Assembly (NCBI GenBank): GCA_964626705.1
Contig: CAZVGL010000001.1
Location: forward strand, 4,441 to 68,440
Direction of reading: 5' to 3'
Length of the DNA: 64,000 nt
Source: an uncultured Candidatus Saccharibacteria bacterium
GTDB lineage: Bacteria; Patescibacteriota; Minisyncoccia; Phycocordibacterales; UBA2163
This document shows positions 18,501 through 27,641 of this stretch, piece by piece; the first letter of the stretch is position 1; each line of letters starts with the position of its first letter. The translations under genes and the position numbers were made by a program. Below the pieces are notes generated by a model. It was not told where the DNA came from and did not search any database. It saw nothing but the letters and a program-made list of their open reading frames with translations.

Positions 18501-18577
18501 AGTGAAGTGTGCTTTTTTAAAAGTCTGGCCGAGTACAGCGAGGGTATCCGAGGACTTTTGAAAAAAGTACATTTCAC
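18501..18577. repeat. palindromic repeat family 2, copy A (upstream of ruvB)
   Basis: gtgaagtgtgcttttttaaaagtctggccgagtacagcgagggtatccgaggacttttgaaaaaagtacatttcac. Termini are inverted: gtgaaatgt/acatttcac. Confidence 0.7.
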
Positions 18578-18634
18578 TTTAAGTTCTTGTAGCTTCTATT
18601 TTCAATACATAAATACTAGCATATAAAATATATT

Positions 18635-19663
18635 ATGTCAAGCCCTAAAGAAACATTAAAAGATTCAGGCGGTAGTGGTATAAAAGCATCGCTTGATACC
18701 ACCCTTCGCCCCAAACACTGGGACGAATATGTTGGACAAGCAAATATCAAAGAAAACTTAAAGATATTGCTTACCGCAGCCAAAGAACGCTCTCATCCAC
18801 CAGAGCATCTCCTTTTTTATGGCCCACCAGGACTTGGGAAAACCACGCTAGCACACCTTATCTCGCAAGAACTCGGCGCTCAGGTGCGTGTCACTTCAGG
18901 ACCCGCTATTGAAAAGGTGGGTGACCTTGCAGCTATACTTACAAACCTCGGTGAAGGTGATATCCTTTTTATAGATGAGGTGCATAGACTTAATAAAACT
19001 ATTGAGGAAGTACTTTACCCTGCTATGGAGTCTGGGGTGATGGATATCATCATCGGTAAAGGTCCTTCTGCTCGGACTATACAGCTTGAGCTTCCGCCTT
19101 TCACACTTATAGCTGCTACGACTCGTATCGCACTTCTTTCTTCCCCTCTTCGTTCACGTTTTTCAGGTGGAACATTCCGCTTGAAGTTCTATGAGCAAAG
19201 CGAAATAGAAGAAATACTAAAACGCTCTGCTAAGATATTAGAAGTGGAGGTGGACGACCTTGCTGCAAATGAAATATCAAAAAGAAGTCGCTTCACACCG
19301 AGGATGGCAAACTACTTGTTGAAGCGTTGTCGTGATTTTGCACAAGTAAACCGAGAAACGCTTTCTAAAGACATGGTGGACAAAGCGCTAGAGCTTTTAG
19401 AGATAGACGAACTTGGACTTAACTCTTCTGATAGAAAGATCCTAGAAACTATTATAGAGAAGTTCAAAGGTGGGCCGGTAGGCCTTTCCACTATCGCTGC
19501 CGCAACATCAGAAGAGCAAGCTACAATAGAAGAAGTACATGAGCCATATCTTATACAGCTCGGGCTTCTACAACGCACACCACGTGGGCGTGTAGCAACA
19601 GAAGCAGCTTATAAACATTTGGGGTATGATGTACCCGAAGATTTACAAGGGAGATTATTATAA
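18635..19663 (+). CDS. ruvB: Holliday junction DNA helicase RuvB
   Basis: AAA+ Walker A GPPGLGKTTLA and sensor motifs; 342 aa. Confidence 0.95.
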   Translation: MSSPKETLKDSGGSGIKASLDTTLRPKHWDEYVGQANIKENLKILLTAAKERSHPPEHLLFYGPPGLGKTTLAHLISQELGAQVRVTSGPAIEKVGDLAAILTNLGEGDILFIDEVHRLNKTIEEVLYPAMESGVMDIIIGKGPSARTIQLELPPFTLIAATTRIALLSSPLRSRFSGGTFRLKFYEQSEIEEILKRSAKILEVEVDDLAANEISKRSRFTPRMANYLLKRCRDFAQVNRETLSKDMVDKALELLEIDELGLNSSDRKILETIIEKFKGGPVGLSTIAAATSEEQATIEEVHEPYLIQLGLLQRTPRGRVATEAAYKHLGYDVPEDLQGRLL

Positions 19664-19668
19664 AACAA

Positions 19669-19748
19669 GTGCAGTGAAATATGCTTTTTTAAAAGTCTGG
19701 CCGAGCATAGCGAGGGAGCCCGAGGACTTTTGAAAAAACATATTCCAC
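19669..19748. repeat. palindromic repeat family 2, copy B (downstream of ruvB)
   Basis: About 88% identical to copy A and in direct orientation. It overlaps the N-terminal extension of the track ORF for yebC. Confidence 0.7.
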
Positions 19749-19771
19749 GAAACGCTAATAATAAAAATACT

Positions 19772-20302
19772 ATGTCAGGACATAATAAATGGTCAAAAAT
19801 AAAACATAAAAAAGCACTTACAGATGCTAAGAAAAGCAAAGTGTTTTCAAAATTTGCGAAGCTTATCCAAGTAGAATCTAAGAAAGCAGGTGGCAACACT
19901 GACTCACCCGGTCTTCGCGCAGCTATCGACAAAGCAAAAGCTGAGAACATGCCATCAAGCAATATTGAAAAGGCGGTAGATAAAGGTAAAGCAGGAGAAG
20001 GTGAACACATGGAACATCTAACATTTGAAACATACGGCCCAGGTGGTTCAGCGGTGATAATAGAAGCGCTAACTGATAACAATAACCGCACATCACCAGA
20101 GATAAAACATATACTTACTAAAAGAGGTCTTGCGCTTGCAGCACAACATTCTGCAACATGGGCATTTGATAAAGTAGAAGGTGGTGGTTGGCAAGCCAAG
20201 ATGCCACATGAGGTTTCAGAAAGTGATCTAGAGAAGCTCGAAGGTCTTATAGAAGAGCTAGAAGACCACGAGGATGTACAAGGAGTATATACGAATGTTT
20301 AA
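19772..20302 (+). CDS. yebC: YebC/PmpR family DNA-binding regulatory protein
   Basis: MSGHNKWSKIKHKK...YGPGGSAVIIEALTDNNNRT. The track ORF starts at 19730, but the conserved N-terminus begins at 19772. Confidence 0.85.
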   Translation: MSGHNKWSKIKHKKALTDAKKSKVFSKFAKLIQVESKKAGGNTDSPGLRAAIDKAKAENMPSSNIEKAVDKGKAGEGEHMEHLTFETYGPGGSAVIIEALTDNNNRTSPEIKHILTKRGLALAAQHSATWAFDKVEGGGWQAKMPHEVSESDLEKLEGLIEELEDHEDVQGVYTNV

Positions 20303-20384
20303 AAACAAAAAAAGTTCACAAATGTGAACTTTAAACCTTATGGAAGAACGCACCATTGCGTTCTTCCAAAACCTTCTTACATAA

Positions 20385-20741
20385 TCAGTCAGCCTGAGAC
20401 AATGCCCATTTTAGATCGGCCTCAAACTTAGCGTCGACCTCTTTTCCAAATTCGTCAACATTAAAATTGATGATATCGTCAAGAGTCTGAATCTCAACCA
20501 AAACAGGTTGAGATTGCTGGATTACGTCGATCCTTATATTAAGATCCTTTTGTTTGACACTAATCTCCTGAAGAGCTTTGTCCAAATTAGCACGGTTTTC
20601 TTTAGAATTTTTCAGAAACCTACTGATTACTTTTTCTGTAGACTTCTCACGCTCTTTCAGCAGCTCACCTTCTACGGGACGTGCTGAAACTACTGACATC
20701 CCTACCAACAGTAAAACTATTACTATTACCAAACTTTTCAT
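20385..20741 (-). CDS. small secreted hypothetical protein
   Basis: 118 aa with a signal peptide. The leader contains the TCTAGCTTAGA motif shared with the duplicated cassette leaders. Confidence 0.5.
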   Translation of the reverse strand: MKSLVIVIVLLLVGMSVVSARPVEGELLKEREKSTEKVISRFLKNSKENRANLDKALQEISVKQKDLNIRIDVIQQSQPVLVEIQTLDDIINFNVDEFGKEVDAKFEADLKWALSQAD

Positions 20742-20895
20742 ATTTTTTCTCCTTTAGAAAAAATGTTGTGTGTTTACCCAACTTTCTAAGCTAGACAAAC
20801 ACAATATATAATTTTCAAATTCATAAACAGGATAGCATATTCTGTCCTGTTTGTCAAGAGGTTACAAGGTTTAAGCTGGGCTGTACTATATACAT

Positions 20896-21378
20896 ATGAC
20901 AATACTATCCATAGACCCAGGGTATGAACGAGTTGGTATTGCGGTACTTGAAAAAACCTCGAGTGGCTCTGGTGGTGAAGAGCTTATTTACTCTGACTGC
21001 TTCAAGACAGACAAAGGACTACCCTTTTTAGAACGCTTAGAGCTTGTAGGCAATGAAGTCGAGAGAATTATAAAACAATTCAAACCAGAAGCTTTCTCTA
21101 TAGAGAAGCTGTTTTTCAATACAAACCAGAAGACAGCGACGAATGTTTCTGAAGTACGTGGAGCATTACTCTATATAGCACTTAAAAATAAGCTAAAAGT
21201 ATTTGAATACACACCACTTCAGATCAAAGTCGCAGTAGCAGGAGACGGACATGGCGACAAGACACAGGTGATCTCGATGGTGAAAAATCTTATAAAAATA
21301 GAAAAAGATATAAAGTACGACGACGAATATGACGCCATAGCAGTAGGGCTTACATGCTTTGCTTCAGAGAGGTTTTAA
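20896..21378 (+). CDS. ruvC: crossover junction endodeoxyribonuclease RuvC
   Basis: MTILSIDPGYERVGIAVLE... RNase H-like fold; 160 aa. Confidence 0.9.
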   Translation: MTILSIDPGYERVGIAVLEKTSSGSGGEELIYSDCFKTDKGLPFLERLELVGNEVERIIKQFKPEAFSIEKLFFNTNQKTATNVSEVRGALLYIALKNKLKVFEYTPLQIKVAVAGDGHGDKTQVISMVKNLIKIEKDIKYDDEYDAIAVGLTCFASERF

Positions 21379-21384
21379 TCTTAT

Positions 21385-21439
21385 CGCTCCTCAAGGTCGC
21401 ACCTCTCCCGTCGCAAGCTCCTCCTCGAGGAACGACCTT
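21385..21439. repeat. dispersed palindromic intergenic repeat, copy R2
   Basis: cgctcctcaaggtcgcacctctcccgtcgcaagctcctcctcgaggaacgacctt. Confidence 0.75.
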
Positions 21440-21581
21440 ATAAATAAACAAGTTGTCCACAGCAAAATTAGCAAGGTATTGCAAAAAAATATAGATTTGA
21501 TAAAAATATAGAGCTAGGCCTAAATACAGTAATTCAGATAGGCTGGGTCGTTTAAAAGATAATTATATAAACACAAAATAT

Positions 21582-21695
21582 ATGCAAGAAGATACAATGC
21601 TTCACGAAGATGAAGTTATGAACATGGAAGAAGGTGAAATGGAGAACGACGAAGAAGTTTCAGCTGACGAAGAGGAAACTGAAGACGAAGAATAA
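21582..21695 (+). CDS. candidate small acidic protein (37 aa)
   Basis: MQEDTMLHEDEVMNMEEGEMENDEEVSADEEETEDEE, immediately followed by a strong terminator. No Shine-Dalgarno sequence. It falls below the ORF-track length cutoff. Confidence 0.25.
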   Translation: MQEDTMLHEDEVMNMEEGEMENDEEVSADEEETEDEE

Positions 21696-21697
21696 AT

Positions 21698-21741
21698 AAA
21701 AAAACACCCCGTCGCTTGCAAGCGACGGGGTGTTTTTTTAT
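21698..21741. terminator. strong bidirectional terminator
   Basis: CACCCCGTCGCTTGCAAGCGACGGGGTG flanked by A7 and T8 runs, between the small ORF and tyrS. Confidence 0.75.
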
Positions 21742-22958
21742 TTTACTTTTACTTTTAAGAATCTTCTTTTACCTATCTTTAGGGTAACATCTCTTGTTAT
21801 AACAAAATTCGGGTCAGTAATTTTTTCTCCATTCATTTCAGAGACAGCGCCACCTTCAACCAATCTTCTTAATTCTGATTTTGATTTAACAAACCCCCTA
21901 ACTGCATAATAAAGAGTTGCGTTTTCCTTAACACAGACTTCATCAACATCTTCTGGTACACCGCCACCACTAAAAGTATTTGTAAAGTTATCTTCAGCAC
22001 TCTTTGCTTTTTTCTCTCCGTGGTAAATAGTGACTATTTCTCTCGCCAACCTCATCTTTATATCTTTTGGATTCACACCGCTATCTAATTCTTTTTTTAC
22101 ATCCTCTATCTCACTTGTAGAAACATTCGTCGCAAGATCAAATCCAGAAAGTATCATGCCATCAGTCCAGCTCATCACTTTCCCAAACATTTCATTCTCA
22201 CTGTCCTGAAACGTAATCATATTACCTGTAGTTTTACCCATCTTCACACCAGAAGTATCTTCGAGGATTTTCATCGTTATAACAAACTTTTCTTTTTGTA
22301 ATATTTGCTTCATCAAAGTTCTTCCTGTAAGCATATTAAACGTCTGATCATTACCACCGATCTCACCATTTACTTCCATAGCAACAGAGTCATACCCTTG
22401 CATAAGTGGATACAAAAACTCATGTATGTAGATAGGCTTTTCTTGCTTTTGCCTTTCTTCAAACATATCTCTTTTTAACATCTGCTCTACTGTCATGTGC
22501 GACGCAAGCTCAAGCACTTCTTCAAAGTCCATCTTTGAAAGCCACTCTGAATTATATTTTATTTCTGCCCTATTCTCTCCATTAAATTTTAAAAACAAAG
22601 ACGCTTGCTTTTTGTACAATTCTGCATTATCAAGCACTTCTTTTTTTGTTAGCTTTTTTCTAAGTGAAGTTTTATCTGTCGGGTCACCTATCATACCTGT
22701 AAAATCTCCTACTAACAAAATCACTTTATGACCAAGTTTTTGAAACTCTTGTAGCTTTTTCAAAATAATAGCATGCCCAAGGTGAAGTGTCGGCCCAGTT
22801 GGGTCTATACCTATATACATACTCAATCTCACACCTTTCTTAAGCTGTGCTTCCAAAAACTCACGGCTCGGATAAATATTCTCAACACTTCTATCTAAAA
22901 AATCTTGAATATCTCCCTCATCTGTACTTATTTTATTTTCTTTAGTTTCCCAAAACAT
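21738..22958 (-). CDS. tyrS: tyrosine--tRNA ligase
   Basis: HIGH motif (PTGPTLHLGH), KMSKS-like KMGKT, and a C-terminal S4 domain; 406 aa. Confidence 0.95.
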   Translation of the reverse strand: MFWETKENKISTDEGDIQDFLDRSVENIYPSREFLEAQLKKGVRLSMYIGIDPTGPTLHLGHAIILKKLQEFQKLGHKVILLVGDFTGMIGDPTDKTSLRKKLTKKEVLDNAELYKKQASLFLKFNGENRAEIKYNSEWLSKMDFEEVLELASHMTVEQMLKRDMFEERQKQEKPIYIHEFLYPLMQGYDSVAMEVNGEIGGNDQTFNMLTGRTLMKQILQKEKFVITMKILEDTSGVKMGKTTGNMITFQDSENEMFGKVMSWTDGMILSGFDLATNVSTSEIEDVKKELDSGVNPKDIKMRLAREIVTIYHGEKKAKSAEDNFTNTFSGGGVPEDVDEVCVKENATLYYAVRGFVKSKSELRRLVEGGAVSEMNGEKITDPNFVITRDVTLKIGKRRFLKVKVK

Positions 22959-22989
22959 ATATGTATACTAGCACAAATATTATGTTATT

Positions 22990-25536
22990 ATGAAACTCAT
23001 AATGTCGGGAAAGAAGCGTCGAAAAAGAGATAGCCTATTTGGCAAAACACTTCAACTGGTGATAATTATCGGGCTTTTTGGTTCTGGGATAATCTTCCTT
23101 TGGGTATCCTCACTTTCTATACCCGAGCTTGATTCGTTCGAGAAACGAAAAGTTAGACAGTCTACCAAGATCTACGACAGGACAGGAGAAATACTTCTAT
23201 ACGACGTCCATGAAAACATACAGAGGACAGTTATCCCTCTTACTGAAGTTTCACGTAATGTTAAGAACGCGGCAGTTGCTATCGAAGATGCAGAGTTTTA
23301 TGAACACAACGGCATACGACCAAGGGCAATCTTACGAGCTATACTTGTAAACCTTGGACTAAAAAGCGGTTACTCAGGACAAGGTGGTTCTACTATCACA
23401 CAGCAAGTTGTAAAGAACTCCATACTTACTTCTGATAAAAAGATATCAAGGAAGCTTAAAGAGTGGATCTTGGCACTTAAGCTTGAGAAAGAACTTACGA
23501 AAGAAGAAATACTCGAACTTTATCTTAACGAATCTCCATACGGTGGAAATATTTATGGAATAGAAGAAGCTAGCCAGCTATTTTTTGGCAAAAGTGCAAC
23601 TGACATAACTCTCGCAGAGTCAGCATACTTAGCAGCACTACCTCAAGCTCCGACTTTTTACTCACCATATGGCAATAACAGAGATGAGCTAGACGAAAGA
23701 CAAGACCTTGTACTACAAAAGATGTTTGAGAACGGCTTCATAACCAAAGAAGAGCACGAAGGTGCGAAAGAAGAAATTATCGCATTTCAACCACGGCACG
23801 ACACAGGTATAAATGCCCCACACTTTGTATTTTATGTAATAGAATATTTGGAAAACAAATACGGCAAACGTGCAGTGGAAGAAAAAGGCTTTAAAGTTAT
23901 AACCACACTAGACTTTAATCTCCAACAAAAAGCAGAGGAGATAATAAACAAGTTTGCACTTGAAAACGAAGAAAAGTTTAATGCTAAAAACGCAGGACTT
24001 GTAGCAACAGACCCAAAGACTGGTCAGATACTTGTGATGGTCGGCTCTCGTGACTACTTCGACGAAGATATAGATGGCAACTTCAACGTAGCAATAAACC
24101 CAAACAGGCAACCTGGGTCTGCATTTAAACCATTTGTATATGCAACAGCTTTTAATAAAGGGTACACACCAGACACGACTGTGTTTAACTTGAAAACACA
24201 ATTCCAAACCACATGTGAGCCAGAGGACCTACATGTTGATGAGAACGACGAAAGTAAAGCGGAATGTTATTCACCCGTTAACTACGACGGAGTATTTAAT
24301 GGACCGATGACATTTAGAGATGCTCTAGCTCAGTCTGTGAACGTACCTGCAGTAAAAGCTCTTTACCTTTCAGGACTTCGAGACTCACTTCGCACAGCAA
24401 AAGATATGGGTCTTAAAGGTCTGACAGATGTAAGCAGATACGGACTTACTCTCGTACTTGGTGGTGGAGAGGTATCACTGTTAAACATGACAAGTGCTTA
24501 TGGTGTGTTTGCAAATGAGGGTGTGCGTAACGAGCCAGTGAGTATTTTACAAGTGGAAGACGGTGCCGGGAATGTCATAGAAGAGTTCACGCAGAGAAGT
24601 GAGACCGTACTTCCCACAAACACCGCATTGCAGATATCAGACATACTCTCTGACGAAGAAGCACGAGCTCCTGCATTTGGACGACATTCATATTTATACT
24701 TTGACGGCAGAGACGTAGCTGTAAAGACAGGAACTACGAACGACTACCGTGACGCGTGGATCATAGGCTACACACCCAACATCTCAGTAGGTACATGGGC
24801 AGGAAACAACGACAATAGCTCCATGGAAAAGAAAGTGGCGGGCTTTATAGTCGCACCTATGTGGAATGCATTTATGCAAGAAGTATTACTAGCAACAGAC
24901 GACGAGAAGTTCAAGAAACCAAATGAAGTAGATAAAAACACTTTAAAGCCAGCACTAAAAGATGTATGGAAAGGTGGTGTGGAATACACTGTCGACAGTA
25001 TCTCTGGTAAGTTTGCAACACAATACACACCAGAAGAAACAAAGATCAAAAAAGTTCTTACAGACATCCACTCTATTCTCTACTGGGTAGACAAGACTGA
25101 TCCGAACGGCCCTAACCCAAAAAAGCCTGAGGAAGATTCGCAGTTTAAGTTCTGGGAATACCCTGTAGAAAAGTGGCGTACTGAACAAGGTTTTGCATCT
25201 ACCACAACAAGTGGGCTTCCTACAGCAAATGACGATGTACACAAGCCAGAGTTTGCACCTAGGATCACTATCACAAACCCAAGGACAGATGTTACTTATT
25301 CAAAAGACAATAAAATAACTATAAGCACTATTCAGAGCAGTCGCTTCCCTATGTCTAAGATAGACATCTTTATAAATGACATATTTGTCGGCTCATCTAA
25401 AAAAGCTCCGTTTAGTTTTTCATTCTTACCAAGCGATCTGGATAATATAAAAAGTAAAAACCGATTAAAGATAATCGGTTACGACAATGTATTCAACCGC
25501 GGTGAGGTTGAGATAACTTTTGATGTAAATATTTAG
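22990..25536 (+). CDS. class A penicillin-binding protein (transglycosylase/transpeptidase)
   Basis: Glycosyltransferase motif EDAEFYEHNGI, transpeptidase motifs SAFKP and KTGTT, and an N-terminal TM helix; 848 aa. Confidence 0.9.
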   Translation: MKLIMSGKKRRKRDSLFGKTLQLVIIIGLFGSGIIFLWVSSLSIPELDSFEKRKVRQSTKIYDRTGEILLYDVHENIQRTVIPLTEVSRNVKNAAVAIEDAEFYEHNGIRPRAILRAILVNLGLKSGYSGQGGSTITQQVVKNSILTSDKKISRKLKEWILALKLEKELTKEEILELYLNESPYGGNIYGIEEASQLFFGKSATDITLAESAYLAALPQAPTFYSPYGNNRDELDERQDLVLQKMFENGFITKEEHEGAKEEIIAFQPRHDTGINAPHFVFYVIEYLENKYGKRAVEEKGFKVITTLDFNLQQKAEEIINKFALENEEKFNAKNAGLVATDPKTGQILVMVGSRDYFDEDIDGNFNVAINPNRQPGSAFKPFVYATAFNKGYTPDTTVFNLKTQFQTTCEPEDLHVDENDESKAECYSPVNYDGVFNGPMTFRDALAQSVNVPAVKALYLSGLRDSLRTAKDMGLKGLTDVSRYGLTLVLGGGEVSLLNMTSAYGVFANEGVRNEPVSILQVEDGAGNVIEEFTQRSETVLPTNTALQISDILSDEEARAPAFGRHSYLYFDGRDVAVKTGTTNDYRDAWIIGYTPNISVGTWAGNNDNSSMEKKVAGFIVAPMWNAFMQEVLLATDDEKFKKPNEVDKNTLKPALKDVWKGGVEYTVDSISGKFATQYTPEETKIKKVLTDIHSILYWVDKTDPNGPNPKKPEEDSQFKFWEYPVEKWRTEQGFASTTTSGLPTANDDVHKPEFAPRITITNPRTDVTYSKDNKITISTIQSSRFPMSKIDIFINDIFVGSSKKAPFSFSFLPSDLDNIKSKNRLKIIGYDNVFNRGEVEITFDVNI

Positions 25537-25560
25537 AAGCGAAGTGAAATAACGCGGGAA

Positions 25561-25626
25561 AAGGTCGTTCCTCGAGGAGGAGTGCAGCGAAGCGGAATGA
25601 CGGGAGAGGTGTGACCTTGAGGAGTG
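25561..25626. repeat. dispersed palindromic intergenic repeat, copy R3 (opposite orientation)
   Basis: aaggtcgttcctcgaggaggagtgcagcgaagcggaatgacgggagaggtgtgaccttgaggag. Confidence 0.75.
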
Positions 25627-25890
25627 TTAGTGTATATCTCTAATAGTCTTCTTATAAGTTTTGAGTTTTTCTTTTAGGTTTTCCATAACCTGTTTTTTTC
25701 GTAAAAAGATTTCGTTTTTTATTATTGGATCAGTAGATATAAAAACAGTGCCATTGCGTACATCTATATCCCCTTTTTCTATATCAACCCCAACCACATC
25801 TTTCACAACAGAAACCAGCTCATCTTTCACAAACTTATCTGGAGGAGTAATGTTTTTAAACTTTGATAAATAGTCGCTGATGTTGAACAT
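25627..25890 (-). CDS. DUF721 (RemB/DciA-like) small protein
   Basis: 87 aa. The pattern ...VSVVKDVVGVDIEKGDIDVRNGTVFISTDPIIKNEIFLRKKQVMENL resembles DUF721, which is typically encoded near dnaN. Confidence 0.45.
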   Translation of the reverse strand: MFNISDYLSKFKNITPPDKFVKDELVSVVKDVVGVDIEKGDIDVRNGTVFISTDPIIKNEIFLRKKQVMENLKEKLKTYKKTIRDIH

Positions 25891-25967
25891 AGGTACAGAA
25901 TACTATAACTTTATAAATAATAAAGAGGCACCAAATTGTGCCTCTATCCTCTTTTATATCTATTCTT

Positions 25968-26174
25968 CTAAATTAACGCATCGTTCCCAGACCCCTTACA
26001 TATAGTTTTTCTTGTTTTAGATAGATGTTCGAACATCTTTGCTGTTTCTGAGTCATCGCTTACTATTGCATACTTATCAACCCGACAAACCGGACAAGGT
26101 ATTTCTATCTCATCTCCTGCTGAAAATTCTATTTTCTTAGTTCCCTGCTCCATATTCCACCTCTTTATATACAA
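25968..26174 (-). CDS. small Cys-motif protein, paralogous to the C-terminus of 26297..26743
   Basis: IEIPCPVCRVDKYAIVSDDSETAKMFEHL...CKGSGNDALI aligns with VDVECVVCQSMQSAIVNSDLNTAEIPEHP...CGGVGKNAVIK. Confidence 0.45.
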   Translation of the reverse strand: MYIKRWNMEQGTKKIEFSAGDEIEIPCPVCRVDKYAIVSDDSETAKMFEHLSKTRKTICKGSGNDALI

Positions 26175-26296
26175 GATTAAACTTCAATGTAGGTTCTTCT
26201 GCCACCAATATATACAAATATGAGATGAAACGCAAATTAAATTAAAATAGAAAAAACCCGTCGAAGCAGAAAACGGTTTTTTCTACTATAACGAGC

Positions 26297-26743
26297 TTAT
26301 TTTATTACTGCATTTTTCCCAACCCCTCCGCAATTTGTTTTACCTGTCGGAAATGGATGTTCAGGTATCTCTGCCGTATTTAAATCACTATTTACTATAG
26401 CAGATTGCATACTCTGACAAACTACACATTCTACATCTACCGCATCCCCTTCCTTGTACTTCGCTACCTTCTTCACCCCTCTAAAAAGAGCTTTCAGAAC
26501 AAGGGAAACAACTTCCGGCTCAAGTCCACTATAGCTCAAAGCTTGCCCTATATTACCTTCAAGCTCTGGAGCCAATGCAACAAGTGCTGGGTGTTTACAA
26601 TTACAGGTTAGTGCTCCCAAGACATGGCTCGGCCACCAAGGCGGCCTAGCTCTATCACCTGAAGAAATTGAAAATTTCACACCCTTACAAACAGAACATA
26701 TGTTACCAATCGGTAATATTACAACTTTGCCGACCTTATCCAC
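26297..26743 (-). CDS. Cys-rich hypothetical protein (shared CxxC...C domain)
   Basis: 148 aa with multiple Cys motifs (CSVCKG, CNCKH, CVVCQS, CGGVG). Confidence 0.5.
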   Translation of the reverse strand: MDKVGKVVILPIGNICSVCKGVKFSISSGDRARPPWWPSHVLGALTCNCKHPALVALAPELEGNIGQALSYSGLEPEVVSLVLKALFRGVKKVAKYKEGDAVDVECVVCQSMQSAIVNSDLNTAEIPEHPFPTGKTNCGGVGKNAVIK

Positions 26744-26780
26744 CTTTCACCTCTTTCTATAATAAAATTAAAAACCGAGA

Positions 26781-27017
26781 TTATCGATCCCAACTACCAT
26801 ACCTTGAACTATATACATTGGCTAGTCTAGCGCGATACTTGCGCCATGTTGCAACATTTTTACGAGTGATTCTGGGCCTAAAGTTAGTAATTTTATCTTT
26901 GCACAAAGTATTTATGTCAGTTGGATTGTCCTTATGCATGCCGCTTAGCCATTTGATCATCTCTTCTTCCGTCACAGACTCCATTATATCCTCCACTTTT
27001 ATTACTCCCTTTTTCAA
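26781..27017 (-). CDS. hypothetical protein
   Basis: 78-aa ORF in the same-strand small-gene cluster. Confidence 0.4.
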   Translation of the reverse strand: MKKGVIKVEDIMESVTEEEMIKWLSGMHKDNPTDINTLCKDKITNFRPRITRKNVATWRKYRARLANVYSSRYGSWDR

Positions 27018-27035
27018 AATCCAAAATATTTGTTT

Positions 27036-27284
27036 TTAAGATCTTACGGATACTTCTTGACACGCCTCTAAGACCATCTGTCCAACTTTTTCTGCCACAT
27101 TTTCCCTATACTCCAACAAAAGCTTAAATGCTTCAACTGTTTTTTTAGGCTCTCTGTCTACAACCAACCAAAAGAACGTTTCTATGTTCTCATCTGATAG
27201 AGCTGCACGATTCGGAACCAACGCTTGGAAATTTTCAAACATTTTTTTCCTTTCAAAAAACTCATTTGAATTAAAAACCCACAT
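27036..27284 (-). CDS. hypothetical protein
   Basis: 82-aa ORF (possibly 68 aa from an internal Met). Confidence 0.4.
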   Translation of the reverse strand: MWVFNSNEFFERKKMFENFQALVPNRAALSDENIETFFWLVVDREPKKTVEAFKLLLEYRENVAEKVGQMVLEACQEVSVRS

Positions 27285-27353
27285 AATTCACTTTGCATAC
27301 CATATCAAATATAACCATTTTGTCAAGTCTATCGATGGGGTGGGTGAAATAGA

Positions 27354-27402
27354 AAAACCCGTGTTGGTAGCTGGGTTTCTCCATCTACCAACACGGGTTT
27401 TT
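27354..27402. terminator. strong bidirectional terminator downstream of dnaN
   Basis: AAAACCCGTGTTGGTAG...CTACCAACACGGGTTTTTT. Confidence 0.7.
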
Positions 27403-27589
27403 TGTTTTCACACCTAATAATAAGTGCGACATCTTGCACAAACGAAAGCTTTTAAAAATCTAAAAAGTATGAGTACCGGCTTTCTAGGCCTAAAAGATTC
27501 TAGTTCACAAATATTATGAACTCCAGTAGAAACTCTTTTAGAATTACTCCAGAACATCATCCGATAAATCCAATATGTGTGTAATCCAT

Positions 27590-27628
27590 CTTCGCATCTT
27601 TTTCATCGAGGAAAGACCTTTTCCCGCT
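27590..27628. repeat. truncated half-copy of the dispersed repeat (R4)
   Basis: ...atcttcgcatctttttcatcgaggaaagacctt matches the right half of R1. Confidence 0.5.
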
Positions 27629-27641
27629 ATTTAACGAATTC

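Noticed and set aside
19730-19771. N-terminal extension of the YebC ORF
   Set aside because: The conserved YebC N-terminus (MSGHNKW) begins at 19772. The extension lies inside the ruvB-flanking repeat copy B.
22959-22989. T-box leader upstream of tyrS
   Set aside because: Only about 31 nt separate tyrS from the divergent PBP gene. That is too short for a T-box riboswitch.
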